Assembly (NCBI GenBank): GCA_026770705.1
Contig: JANJGN010000008.1
Span: 24,242,001-24,306,000 of the forward strand
Direction: 5' to 3'
Length of the DNA: 64,000 nucleotides
Source of the DNA: Isurus oxyrinchus
Taxonomy: Eukaryota
Shown: one piece after another, positions 48,236-61,585 of the stretch
Layout of the letters: every line of letters starts with the position of its first letter
Position numbering within the stretch: the stretch's first letter is position 1
Position numbers and translations under genes: made by a program
The notes under the pieces: model-generated
Databases searched by the model: none
What the model was told of the DNA's origin: nothing
The model's input: only the letters and a program-made list of their open reading frames with translations

Positions 48236-49849
48236 CATCATTGGGTCAGAGGCCAGCTAATTGGAGACACTGACTGTAAGGACTTAAGCAAATCCAGGCA
48301 GAAATATATTGCAATAAATTGCAGTTCATCAGTTCTCACAGTTCTTTCTTTATAGAAGTTTGAGATAACAATATTTGTACCATAGGAAATAAGAACATTG
48401 TAACATTAGAGCCAGGGGTATGTCATTAAGCCCTGACCCGCCATTTAATTCTGCACCTCAACAAAAGCTACATCAACAACATGCAATTATATTGCACTTC
48501 TAACATAGTCAATCAGCCCAAGATACTTCACAGGAGTGTTATCAGATATAAAGCCATAGAAGGAGATATTAGGAAGCTGAACAAAAACTTGGTCAAATAG
48601 GTAGATTTTCAGAATTGTGTTAATAGGAGAAAGAGCAGTAGAGAGTTGGAGAGCTTCAAGGAGGGAATTCCAGTGCTTGGGGACTCCAGTGCTGAAGGTT
48701 TGGCTTCCAATGGTGGAGTGACCAAAATTGGACGTGTCAACAGGTCAGAATTGGAGGAACACAGAGGTCTCGGAGGTCTGTAGGGCTGGAAGAGATTACA
48801 GAGATAGGGAAGGGCAAGGTCATTGAGGGATTTGAAGGGTGGGAAACGTGGTGTGCAGGGTGATTTAAAGAGGTGGGATGGGAAATTTAGATTTCCCGAC
48901 AGGGGGTTGAGATGGAGAGATAAAGTCAGTGGGGCATTTGCGGCGTGTCAAGAATTATGCCGGCCTGTGGTTGGTTCCTACTTGAAATACATTTGCATCC
49001 ATGCATATTCATTAGTGTAAAACTTTTTTAAAATTATATCCTACCTTCAAGAAATAGCCAGCGGTGCACGAGAATCTTGTGGCACTTGGTTCACAAGCGC
49101 TTAAAGGTGGCGTGACCTGTTGGTTTTGTTCAGTTGTGTGTAAGGGCAGTGGTTTTCCTTGTTTAACTCTACAGCACAAAGGAGGGGAGCAGCACACTCG
49201 ACTCTTGCATGGAAGCTTGGGACTGGCAAGGGTGAGTCAATAGGGAGGGGGATTTTGAAGTGGGGTCAGGGGCTTGGAGGAGTGAAGTGAGACTGGTCTG
49301 ATGTCCTGGGTGTGGTGTGGGGATGTGGTGGGGCAGTCAGTAAAATTAGAAAATGAGTGTCCTAAAGGGTGGTGTCAGTACATTCCAAATATAGCTCCAT
49401 CTCAGAGTGTTGGTTGGCAGACTCTTTAAAGGGCTTTGATTTCAGCTACAACATTTCAATTCCCCTGCTGACAGTGATCTTGGACAATGCCTTTTACAAT
49501 GCATAGAACGGAGGGTAGCTGAGCCTATAGGTTCAGCCATGTCCCAAAGAGCGACGAGTACAACACTGGACGTTAACATGAACGTTCACTAAAGAGTGAA
49601 CGCAAAAATACAACATTGTTTCTTCCACAATAAAGGAAACGTCCCTTACTACCCAGTAACCATTAATGCATGCCAACCATGGGATGTACCAGTACATTTA
49701 GCCCTCCGACTAAACTACTCTCAACAAGTAATGATGGTGCACAAAAGTGCAGCCAATGGAAAGTGAAAAATTTACAAGTTAAGTTTAATTTTGAAAAATC
49801 CCCATGCCATCTTTGTGTGCTCAAGTGTTATGTAAATGGAAATGTAGTT

Positions 49850-51510
49850 CACAGAATCACAGAGTGCAGAAGAGGCCCTTCGGCCTATCGAATCTGCACC
49901 GACATGTGAGAAACACCTGACCTACCTACCTGATCCCATTTACCAGCTCTTGGCCCATGGCCTTAAATGTTATGATGTAGCAAGTGCTCATCCAGGTACC
50001 TTTTAAAGGATGTGAGGCAACCTGCCTCCACCACCCTCCCAGGCAGTGCATTCCAGACCATCACCAGCCTCTGGGTAAATTTTTTTTTCCTCACATCCCT
50101 AAAACTCCTGCCCCTCACCTTGAACTTATGTCCCCTTGTGACTGACCCTTCAAATAAGGGGAACAGCTGCTCCCTATCCACCCTGTCCATGCCCCTCATA
50201 ATCTTGTACACCTCAATCAAGTTGCCCCTCAGTCTTCTCTGCTCCAACAAAAACAACCCAAGTCCATCCAACCTCTCTCCATAACTTAAATGTTTCATCC
50301 CAGGCAACAAGCTGGAGAATCTCCCTGCACTCCCTCCAGTGCAATCTCATCCTTCCTATAATGTGGTGACCAGAACTGCACACAGTACTCCAGCTGTGGC
50401 CTCACCAAGGTTCTATACAACTCCAACATGACCTCCCTACTTTTGTAATCTATGCCTCAATTGATAAAGGCAAGTGTCCCATATGCCTTTTTCACCACCC
50501 CACTAACATGCCCCTCCGCCTTCAGACACACACGCCAAGGTCCCTTTGTTCCTTAGAACTTCCTAGTGTCATGCCATTCATTGAATACTTCCTTGTCAAA
50601 TTACTCCTTCCAAAGTGTACCACCTCTCACTTTTCAGAGTTAAATTCCATCTGCCACTTATCTGCCCATTTGACTATCCTGAATATATTGTCCTGTAGCC
50701 CAAGACACTCAACCTCACTATTAACCACCCGGCCAATCTTTTTGTCATCCGCAAACTTACTAATCCTACCCCCCACATAGTCATTTATGTCGTATATATA
50801 AATGACAAATAATAGGGGACTGAGCACAGATCCCTGTGGTATGCCACTCGACACTGGCTTCCAATCACTAAAGCATCCTTCTGTCATCATCCTCTGTCTC
50901 CTACAACTAAGCCAATTTTGAATCCACCTCATCAAATTACCCTGTATCCCATGTGCATTTGCCTTCTTTATAAGTCTCCCATGTGGGACCTTGTCAAAGG
51001 CTTTGCTGAAATCCATATAAACTACATCAACTGCACTGCCCTCATCTACACACCTGGTCACCTCCTCAAAAAATTCAATCAAATTTGTTCAGCATGACCT
51101 CCCTCTGACAAAGCCATGCTGACTATCCCTGATCAAACCTTGCCTCTCCAAGTGGAGATAAATTCTCTCCTTCAGAATTTTCTCCAATAGTTTCCCTACC
51201 ACTGACATGAGACTCACTGGCCTGTAGTTCCCTGGCTTACCTCTACAACCCTTCTTAAATAGCGGAACCACATTAGCTCTTCTCCAGTCCTCTGGCACTT
51301 CCCCCATGCTCGGAGAGGAATTAAGAATTTGGGTCAGAGCCCCTGCGATCTCCTCCCTTGCCTGCCTCAGCAGTCTGGGACACAAATCATTTGGACCAGG
51401 AGATTTATCCACTTTTAAGCCTGCCAACATCTCCAATACCTTCTCACTCCCTAAGTTAATTTGCTTAAGAACCTCACAGTCTCTCTCCCCAAGTTCGATA
51501 CCTTCATCCT
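49850..51510 (-). mobile_element. CR1 LINE ORF2 RT, 5'-truncated
   Basis: DKSPGP..L.PRLL, VPEDWR.ANVVPLFKKG, VYMDFSKAFDKVPH, GIPQGSVL.PLLF, KFADD. Confidence 0.95.
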
Positions 51511-52284
51511 CATAGTTGGACAGGAAAGTTGTGGCTGTGCAGCAGAGCCTCCCTGCTTGACCAGGAGGCTCTTTGATTGTAGATGCAGCATTGTCATCTG
51601 ACAGCAGGTTTCACCACTGAAAAGCTTCCTCTGCTACTAAATCGAATATGTATAGCATGCACACCACTGGCATTTAGAACTTTAATCATAATCACATCGG
51701 AAAAGGCAAAATGAGAGAAAGCAGAAGTGGCACATTATCCTGGTTACGACGTCAGGAATGGTATGCCATTGACAAAATCCCAGCCAATAACTTCGATCTT
51801 CCAGTTGGAAGAAGTCTGTGTTCATCCAGGACTGAATGTTGAACAAATAATGTGACCAATCAATGGAGAGGTTCGAGAAAGATAGAATTGGTTGCCATCA
51901 GTGTACATTAACCTGACATTGTGTTTTCAGATATGTGGCTGAGTCTGCCTTCGCTCCATATCGCTTGATCCCTTGATACTCTTACCCAAGAAAAATCTAC
52001 CTACCTCACACTTGAATGCTCTACTTGTCCTAATGATCAGTCTTATGTGGGAGGGAGTTTCAAATTTCTATTGCCCTTTGCGTGGACAAAAAAACAAATA
52101 ATTCAATTAATCTGCAATTCCCAGCAACAATTTCTAGCTCTGTTTTACAAACAGGTTTAAATTGAGTTCCTTCCTCCACTCTGCCGAACAGCATCTATAA
52201 TAGATGGGAATAAGTTCCCTTTCACACAGAATCACAGTGCAGAAGAGGCCCTTCAGCCCATCGAGTCTGCACCGACACTTTCAT

Positions 52285-52935
52285 TCCATTCTGTCACTAT
52301 CACTCCATGTGATATCAAGAAACAGCTGAAGGCACTGGATACTGTAAAACTATAGATCCTGATAACAGCCAGGCAATAGTACTGAAGACTTCTGCTCCAG
52401 TACTAGCCATACTCCTAACCAAGCTGTTCCAGTACAGCTACAACACTGGCTTTTACCTACAAATTGAAAAGTTGTCTAGGCATGTCATTTCCAAAATGTC
52501 CCAAGGAAGACCCAAAATGGCATGATTGGATAATATCAGAACGTGGACTGGCCTCTCTATGGGACAGGCAGTGAGGGCAGCGGTGAATAGAAATCAGTGG
52601 AGAAAGATTGTTCATAGTGCAGCCAACCCTCAGAACGAGGATGGTTGAAAAGGCAAGACAAGCCATGTCTCATCCACAAAAAGCAAGATAAATCCAAGCC
52701 GGCCAATTACTGCCCTTTCAGCCTACTCTCAATCATCAGCAAAGCAATGGAAGGTGCTGTCGAAAGTGCTATCAAATGGCACTTACACAGCAATAACCTA
52801 CTCACTGCTGCTCAGTTTGGGTTCTAGCAAGGCCACTCAACTCCTGATCCCATGACAGCCTTGGACCAAACATGGACAAAAGAGCTGAACCCAAGAGGTG
52901 AGGGGGGGTGAGAGTGACTGTCCTCGACGTCAAAT
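52285..52935 (+). mobile_element. Family-B LINE fragment interrupted by an RTE piece
   Basis: HKKQDKSKPANYCPFSLLSIISKAMEG...LLTAAQFGF. Confidence 0.85.
52487..52663 (+). mobile_element. RTE-clade LINE 3' end
   Basis: GRPKMA*LDNIRTWTGLSMGQAVRAAVNRNQWRKIVHSAANPQNEDG*; short aaggc/aagac tail; 6-bp TSD catgtc (52481-52486 and 52664-52669). Confidence 0.8.
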
Positions 52936-52954
52936 TCTAATGAGTTTCATTTAA

Positions 52955-53070
52955 AAGACTTCCTCAGTACTACATTGGGATGTGAGCCTTGATTTTTGTG
53001 CTCACAGGCTGGATTGGGACTTGAACCCACAGCATTCTGACTCAGAAATAAGAGCGCTACCAACTGAGAA
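52955..53070 (-). mobile_element. tRNA-headed SINE fragment (followed by a CR1 fragment, 53070-53235)
   Basis: Reverse strand ctcagttggtagcgctctt...gtgggttcaagtccc contains A and B boxes. Confidence 0.65.
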
Positions 53071-54099
53071 ATGGTTCCCAACTTTTCTCCTAAATGGCAT
53101 GAATTTGATTTCAAAGTTGTGTCCCCTTGTCCTAGACTCCCCCAGAAGCAGTAAAAGTTTCTCTCTATCCCCAATAATTCCTTTCAAAATGCTAAAAAGC
53201 TCAATCAAATTAACCCTTTAACTTTTATTTTGCAGAAATGCATGTCTAGTTAGTGTTAAAGGGTCTAATCAATGTGGTGGACAGCATAGACAAGCTTGAG
53301 ATTTTTCTCACTCAGTATGTACTTGCATTAACTTCTCAATGAAAATTAGGTATGGAAAATTAGAGGGATTTATTCACTGCCAATCCTGGATCAACGGAGC
53401 CAATTATGACACTACAATAGTTAGACCAGTTGAGAGCAGCTAACCAAATACAGTTAGAGATCAAAACTGAGACTTTTGCAGTCTTTATTAATTGTTGTCA
53501 CTACATAGGTTATTTACCCCATTAAGCCTCAGCAGCCTGAATATCACAGTCTTATTACTAACAATAGTTATAAGCATTTCAATTGATTTTCACTCTCCAA
53601 AGATCATATTTATATTATTAAAATGCACACAATTGTGGTTCATTAGAGTGTGGCAATTGCAGTGCAATGCTCAAAGCCATTACTCATATTTTCTCTGCCT
53701 CAGCTGCACTGAATTATAATTTAAATCATATAATTCAATGTGTAATGCCAATGAGGAGAGCAATGAGTAATAGTGATGGGGATTGTTAAAATAGTGGCTT
53801 TATATTGCAGAATGTCTCCCACGGTTTTACTGAGTCCATGAGGCATAGAGGGAGGAGAAGGTTACAGGCAGATTTACTAATTGAAGGTAACACTAAAGTT
53901 GCCAAACCTGTTTAATTTGACTGTCACTAAATTATCCTTCTCAAATTGTTCTGTCCAAATTAGAACAGCAAGCAGGCAAACTCCACCTGATCACATTTGG
54001 CGTAGCTAAAGTTTGCTAAACGAACAATCTCTACAATTTAGGAACTCCCCACTTGTAATTTTTTTGATTTTGTTGCCTACAAAGGACAATGGAAATTTA

Positions 54100-54215
54100 A
54101 CCATTATAGTGTGACATAACCATCATGGTGTGACATGACCATTATAGCGTGACATAACCATCATGGTGTGACACGACCATTATAGCGTGACATGGCCATT
54201 ATGGTGTGACATGAC
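54100..54215. repeat. 19-bp minisatellite x6 with alternating 38-bp higher order
   Basis: accattatagygtgacata / accatcatggtgtgacayg alternate. Confidence 0.95.
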
Positions 54216-55382
54216 GGATTTAACAGACAGTCCAGTGTAATCACAAATGACACAAGCACCTTCCATTACATAAACAGCACCTGGCAGATGGGAACATTTT
54301 GCAATGATTTACAGACGCTGCCTCCCTGCTCCCACTGGACAATCCCTTTATCCATCTGGCAGTATTCTAGGCAGTGGAGAATGCAAATAAGGTGTGGAAC
54401 TTTATGTCAAAGATTGCTTATGTAGAGATAAGGCCAATATAGAAAGTTGCTGTTCAGCAAATTGATATTTTTTTTTAAATGCGAACAGTTTCTAACTCAT
54501 CGAAATAGAATAAGCAGAATAACCATTTAATGAGGGTCACAATGATTATATTCAGACCATTCATATAGAATAATCAGATAACTTATATCAACAAAATTAG
54601 TGGCCTTGATTCTAGCTGGGATGGTGTGTTTGGGACAGATGGGTTGTGGATAGGAAGATCTCACCTCCTATCACCCAAGTCTCATTTTGCAAACTAACAG
54701 GACTGACGTCATGGCCCATGGGCATGTGCAAAAACATCTGGTGGGGAGCCTGAAGTCACCAGGGAACTAAGGGAAGAGTCCTCAGCATAACCTGGATGTT
54801 GGGAAAGGACTTTAATTGGCAGTTGATGTCAATGCCAAGAGGGAAAGGCAAGGCCAGGAGCTGGGAAGACCTTAGCTAGACCTAGATGCACACCTGCTCC
54901 TCCTGGCCCACAAGGTTTTCATAGCAAAGTTATTTTTTTTCTAAACTTAGCTAACTGGCCTGCTACCAGGTTTCTCTGGTGGATTTGATGCTGGTTGGGC
55001 TTCCTCCTGACTCAGTGTGAAAATCAGTTTTGAATTTAAATTAAATACTTACTTGCCTACAGTGGAAGCCTCGGTTGATTTCAAACGCAGTGGGGATGAG
55101 ATTTTTTCTGGCAGAACATCGGCCTCAGGTCAGTCAGTGGACTTGACCTAATATTAACCTCTCCCTTGCACCATTCTCCCTAGACAAGAGGGCAAAAATT
55201 GAGACCATCACTTCCCTTCACTATTTAAGCTTCACACTGTCTTGTATTGCACAAAGAGCAAAATCTACTGTGTTTTTCATAGTCAGGTGTATTACAGATA
55301 AACAGGCCAGAATAGACCTAGATAATGGATGATGTAGATCCAACACGCTCATGCTATAGATGACACAGAGCAAATGCACCAT

Positions 55383-55780
55383 GGGCAGGATTTTCCCATC
55401 AATGACCGCTCATCCACACGTAAAATGACAGGGGATGACGTCGGGCGGATCTCCAGACATCACCGCGCCCCATTTAAATTTTCCAGTAGGCGGGGGCGCA
55501 GCAACATCAGCTGCGGGCCCGCCGACCTGTCAATGGCCAATTGAGGCCATTGACAGAGTCATTTAGCTAATTAATGGACCTGCCCATCCAACATTAATGT
55601 TGGCGGGCAGGCCAGGAGCCCCAGCGGCAAATAGAAAAAGTATGAAACCTCATCCACAGCCTTAATTGGCCCGCCTATGTAAAATGGCGCTGCGACCCCA
55701 ATCGGGAGTGCCGATCTGAGGCGCGCCGGTGCACGCCCGCAATTCAACTTTGCCCCCCCAATGGGGGGAAAATCCTGCCC
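55383..55780 (-). mobile_element. Harbinger-type MITE (internally deleted), TSD CAT
   Basis: TIRs gggcaggattttccc / gggaaaatcctgccc; cat on both flanks. Confidence 0.92.
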
Positions 55781-56359
55781 CATATTACAGATGACAGGAC
55801 CAGCACACCTTGCAGAATTAATGCCATTTACATCCACAGTGCCTTTGATTCTGATCACCCGTATACCTTAGTACATTATCAACGTCATGTTTTCCTCTGT
55901 AAACATGCCACCACCTTATCATATATCGGTTTCTATCTTGTGAATACCCATTCTGTCATAGTATTTGCAAAATATGACACCAACATTTTAAACAATATAT
56001 TTTTGAAGATTAAAGAACTGTTAAAGTGACGGAGAAATCATTGATTGCAATTAAAGAATATGTTTCCTAATTTGTAAACATGAAGCCTTCAATATGCTTA
56101 TTTAAAGTTTTTTTTTAAATCGGAAATGTTGGAGAAATACAAGGCAGCATATCCCCTTCAGAGCTTTTGGTGCATGGTGGGAGTACATAGATGGGGAATT
56201 TTTTAACCCCAAGCCTGTAATTTTCCATCTGCTTGTGCAATCCTTCCGAAATGCATTCCTGATATAGATCAGGAAGTCTGCTGCAGAAGACATTCCCTGA
56301 CAATACACATCACAAGTCAGATCCAAAACTTTAATTATAGGGATTGGTGAGAACATTTA

Positions 56360-56680
56360 AAAAATTCTTTCACAGGATGCGGGTGTCACTGGCTTGGCCA
56401 GAATTTGTTGCTCATCCCTAACTGCCCTTGAGAAGATGGTGATGAGCCGCCTTCTTGAAACATTGCAGTCCATGTGGTGTACGTACACCCACAGTGCTGT
56501 TAGGGAGGGAGTTCCAGGATTTTGACCCAGTGACAGTGAGGGAACAGCGATATATTTCCAAGTCAGGATGTTGTGTAGCTTGGAGGGGAACTTGCAGGTG
56601 GTGGTGTTCCCATGTGTCTGCTGTCCTTGTTCTTCTAGATGGTAGAGTTTGTGGGTTTAGAAGGTGCTGTCAAAGGAGAA
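56360..56680 (-). mobile_element. Family-B LINE 3' end
   Basis: Same tail and 3' ORF end as 16604-16920. Confidence 0.85.
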
Positions 56681-58149
56681 GTTCCTGGAATTGTATTTGC
56701 TTTGGTGTTCTACATTTAAGTAAGTACGCTTATTAATGCAAATAGATATTTAGAGGGTGCAGTCTTCTCACCTGTGCCATTTGCAGCGAATATCAAGTCC
56801 CACTGACTCAATTGCAAATTACAGTCCTGTTGATTACGAGCCACTAACTAACTAGATCAGTAATAAAGAATTTAATACAAATTACAGGTGTGCAGTGCAT
56901 CTGAAAACAGACATCCTGTTCTTTGTAACTTCCTTCAACCCTCCAACCCTCTGAATTCCTACATACCTTCAATGCTGGTCTCTTGTGCATCCCCAATTTT
57001 AATCGCTCCGCAATTGTGGCCATGCTTTCAGTTGAAAAGCCATGAAATTTCTTCCTTAAGTTTCTACCTCGCTTCACCCCTTTAAGATGTTCTTTAAAAC
57101 TTACCTCTTTGACCAGACTTTTGCTCATATGTTTTATGTGCCCTAGTGTCAAATTTTGTTTGACACTGCTCCTGTGAAGCACCTTGAGATGTTGTTCTAT
57201 GTTAAAGATGTTATATAAATACACATCGTTGTTATTATTATTATTCCTCTGTCAGTATCACTCTATACTCGAAATAATCTAACATTCAGTAATTGACAGC
57301 ATCACAGAACCCTATAAATATCATACAAAAAATGGGTTGAGAATCTGTTGTTAGGTTAAGGTCACCTCTCTCAGTGAAGTAAACCTGGGAGCTGACCCTG
57401 TACCTTTATCCTCTGGTGTCCATAATAAGGAGTCGAACACAGCCATGCATAAAGACAACAGTCCTCTGGCACACAATGTAAAAATGAAAGAGATCCACCA
57501 AGTTTGCTGTTTTGAAACAGGAGCCTGGGGATGAGCGCAAACTTAGGGAACAGACCCTGTGCCAGAATAGAGAGTCCCAGGACCCAGACCCATGTTGGAC
57601 CCAGAGCCTTATTTACATGAGGTTGGAGAGGTGCAGAGATCCCCTGGATGCCCCAGGCTGGTCACTGGCCACCACCCTCAGATGGGTTCTGAGAGAGGCA
57701 GCAAAGCGATCAGGATGGACAGGGTATAGAGCTGGGAACCATCTTTGGATCATTTGTGGAGCTGGGACCCCAGCACTTCCTGGCAATACAATCCAGTAAG
57801 TGTTTTTAAAACATCTTTTTTGTTGTGGCCTGCAGCAGTCACTTTGAGACCTACTGGTAAGGCTACATGGATACCGCATTTTCCTGAACACAACCAACAC
57901 AATTAGCTGCTCTCAGCCAGGACAACAATTGACTTCAGTGCTCCTGGAAGGTGGGAGGAAAGTCATCCAGGCAATGATTTCCTATTTAAGTGTGTCTATG
58001 TGTGGATTTTAGGTGAGAATAGGACCAATTTCAGCTCTGATGCTCTCCATAATAGAATAATCTGCCAGCCCTCACTGTGTGTGCTCACACATCTAGAATA
58101 CCACCTGGAGATTAAAGGGGAGAGAATTTTATGCCTGTGGAACCAGGTT

Positions 58150-59830
58150 TAGAAAGTTAAGCTTTGAAGGCAGGTTCCATAAACTTGGCTTGTATTCCCT
58201 TGAGTATGGAAGACTGAAGGGTCAGCTGATCAAAGTGTTTAAAACTTTCATAGGATTCAACAGGGTACATACCAAGAAACTATTTCTCCTGCTGAAGGAA
58301 GGGCTCAGAATCTTAAAATAGATGCTTGGCTATGTAGAAGAAAAATCAGGAAACACTTTTTTTTCACACAAAGTGTAGTGAAAATCTTGAATTCTCTGCC
58401 CAAACTGCTGTGAACGTTAGGAAAATTGGAGCTCCCAAGACTAAGATCAACAGATTTTTGTTCAGTAAAGCTATCATGGGATACAGATCAAAGGAAGATT
58501 AATGAAATTGACATAATTGAGGGGGTACCTCAGAATAGTGCCTAGGCCCAAGTATCTTCAGTTACTTCATCAATGACCTCTCCTCAATTATAATATCAAA
58601 AGTGGAGATGTTCACTGATGTTTGCACATATTTCAGTATCATTCATAACTCCTCAGATAATGAAACCATCCATTCCCAGACATGGACAACATCCTGTCTT
58701 GGGCTGATAAATGGCAAGTAATATCCGTGCCACAGAAGCGCCAGGTAATGACCACTTCCAACAAGATGGAATTTAGCTTCCTCCCCTTGACATTCAATGG
58801 TATTTACCATTGTTGAATCCTCCACCACCTGCATCTCAAAGGCCTTCATTGACCACAAACTGAACTGGGCCAGCCATATAAATACTGTGACTAAAGAGCA
58901 GGTCAAAGGCTGTGGTTGCTACAGTCAATAACTCACCTTGTGACTCCCCAAATGTTGTCCACCACATAAGGCACAAGTCAGGAGTGTGATGGAATACTCC
59001 CAATTGCCTGGATGATTGCAGCTGCAGCAACACTCAGAAAGCCTGACAAAATTCAAGACAAAGCACTCTGCTTAATTGGCACCCTAGAGGGGGTGGCATA
59101 GTGGTGTTGTCAGTGGGCCAGTAATCCAGAAACCCAAGGTAATGCACTGGGCACCTGGTCTCAAATCCCACCATGGCAGACAGTGAAATTTGTTTTCAAT
59201 AAAAAAAATCTGGAATTAAAAGTTTAATGATGACCATGGAACCATTGTCAATTGTCATAAAAACCCATTTGGTTCACTAATGATCTTTAGGGAAGGAAAT
59301 CTGCTGTCCTTACCTGGTCTGACCTACATGTGACTCCAGACCCACAGTGATGTGGTTGACTCTTAAATGCCTTCTGAAATATCCTAGCAACCCATTCAAT
59401 TCTCAAGGGCAATTAGAGCTGGGCAATAAATGCTGGCCTAGCCAAAGATGCCCCCATTCCATGAATGAATATAAAAAAATCCAGCACCACAAACATTCAC
59501 CCCCTCCACCATCCATGCAAATAACAATATACACTACAGCAACTCACCAAGACTTATTTGAAGGCAACTTCAGAGCCCACACCTTTACCACTTAGAAGTA
59601 CAGGAGAGCTGGTACATGGGAACATCAGCACCTCCAAGTCAAACATCATCTTAATTTGGAATTTTATAATTGTTCCTTCACTGTTACTAGGTCAAAATCC
59701 TCGAACATCCTGTCTATCAGCACTGTGGGTGCATCTATATCACACGTTTCGGCAGTTCAGAAGGCGGCCCAAGGGCATTCAGGAATGGGCAATAGATGCC
59801 CAAAATCCCTTGAATGAATTCAATAAAGTA
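58150..59830 (+). mobile_element. CR1 fragment (58150-58520) plus family-B LINE (58520-59830) with nested SINE
   Basis: Family-B motifs continue across the SINE (ggcaccct | atccagcacc). Confidence 0.8.
59086..59478 (+). mobile_element. tRNA-derived SINE with family-B LINE tail
   Basis: Head ggtggcatagtgg...ggtctcaaatccc; 3' end caagggcaattag.g.tgggcaataaatgctggcc shared with the LINE at 21935-22000. Confidence 0.85.
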
Positions 59831-60264
59831 CATATCAAGCATGTTCTAATTGAACCGGAGCAGCTCGAGGACTGCTTTTCTCATGTTCCTACTCTGATGG
59901 AAATGAATGCCTTTGGCTGGGGGGGGCGGGGACAGAAACTTAGGAAAATAGAGCTTTAAAATAGAAAATTGTTAGTATGCAAAAGTTGTGAACTAAGCAA
60001 AAGTACTTGGACTATGATCTTGTAATTTATGCCATAATCTAAAACCTCAAGCACCTAATTGAATTTTGCTACATAGTTTTGCTTGTCTGTACAATAACTC
60101 TTCATTAATCCTGAATGTCTTTTTTGCCATGCTTAACATGTGGTGAGATGTATTAAACTTGTTCACTGCTTGAAACCATTTGTGTACTCCACAAGCGCAC
60201 AGAGTTTGTCATTAAGTCATAGGAGAAGCCTTGGGAATGGCACAAATTCTTTAAGTAACACTTG

Positions 60265-60964
60265 GGGCAGAATTTTGCCCTTGATGGGTGGGAGGGCCCC
60301 ACCGGCTCGGCGGCAGGTGGGCAGCAGATCGCTACCGCCAAAACAGGCCCCGCCGCCATTTTAAGTGGGCGGGCCTTAGACCGCCCAGAGGGCCACCGAT
60401 GGGAAGCGCTATGAGCTGCCTGTGCAGGGGGGGGAGGGATTCCCCAACTGTCAGTGTGCGCTCTTTCACGCATGTGCATGAAAAAGCGCACATCTCCCTG
60501 AGACTTAATGCTGCCTCAGGGAGATCGCTGACAGTTTTTGAAAGTTGAAAAATAGGAAATCAAAAAATTATTAACATGTCCCCCTCATGTGACAATGTCA
60601 CACGAGATGGGACATGTTAATAAATATCACATAAACTTTATTAAAGTTTTTTAAAACACACATGAAACCTCATCCCGCCGGTGGATGAGGTTTCATGATT
60701 TTTCGGAAGCCCGCTGAGGCACCTAGCCTGCCCACCAGCCTTAAGGTTTTGACGGGCAGGTACTTGGCTTAATTATCCTGTCAATGGCCTCAATTGGCCA
60801 TTGACATGTCGGCGGGTGGACAGCTGATTTCGCTGTCCGCCCGCCTTCCTAAATATTTAAATGGAGCGGGATGATGTCGGGGGGAACCCCCGACATTATC
60901 CTGCATCATTTTTGCCTCAGCGAGCGGATCCTACCCCCAGCTCACTGACGGAAAAATTCTGCCC
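60265..60964 (+). mobile_element. Harbinger-type MITE, 700 bp, TSD TTG
   Basis: 12-bp perfect TIR gggcagaatttt / aaaattctgccc; ttg on both flanks. Confidence 0.95.
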
Positions 60965-61585
60965 TTGGAGTAATTAGCAAAATCACTGCTTGGTCATCAG
61001 TTAGTCCCTCATACAAGTTTATTCATGAAATCACTAATGACGATAGACTTCACACTATAGACTGAGAATGGCAGATCCTTAATTTCAAAACCAAGCACTA
61101 CATAATCCAATATTGTAGGTCTTCTTTATAGAGTCTACCTGCAAATCACAGATTGCAGGCAATTCCTTCAGTACCAGAGAGCTCACAGTGAAGATCACAC
61201 ACTTTTCATTACAGATCTCCTTCCACTGAATTCCCACTACAGTTCTCTATTGTTGTTCTCATTTTCATGCAGGCAATGCCATACATAGATCTCTCCAGGT
61301 GATATATGGCACTTGTCTTTCTTTGTTATCATCAGAAATCTCAGCTTCTCTACATGAAGTGTAACTAAGCCACACATGTAAGGCTATTGACTACTGTGGG
61401 ACTGTTTGGCTTAAATGTCATTCTTTGCTTCAAGGGGTGAGTACAGGGAAGCATGTATATGTACTTTGTCTGATCTTTCATCTGCCCTATTGAAAGTTTT
61501 TACAGTTCATGATTCCATCACCAAGTTCCACTGTAAACAAATTAAGAGTTCTTCAGTCGCTTGGTAGTTCAGAACTTGAGTATAG

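Noticed and set aside
54100-54215. CRISPR-like array
   Set aside because: No unique spacers, eukaryotic context, no cas genes.
57890-58110. Ancient SINE-like sequence
   Set aside because: Resemblance is from memory only and too decayed to support without a library search.
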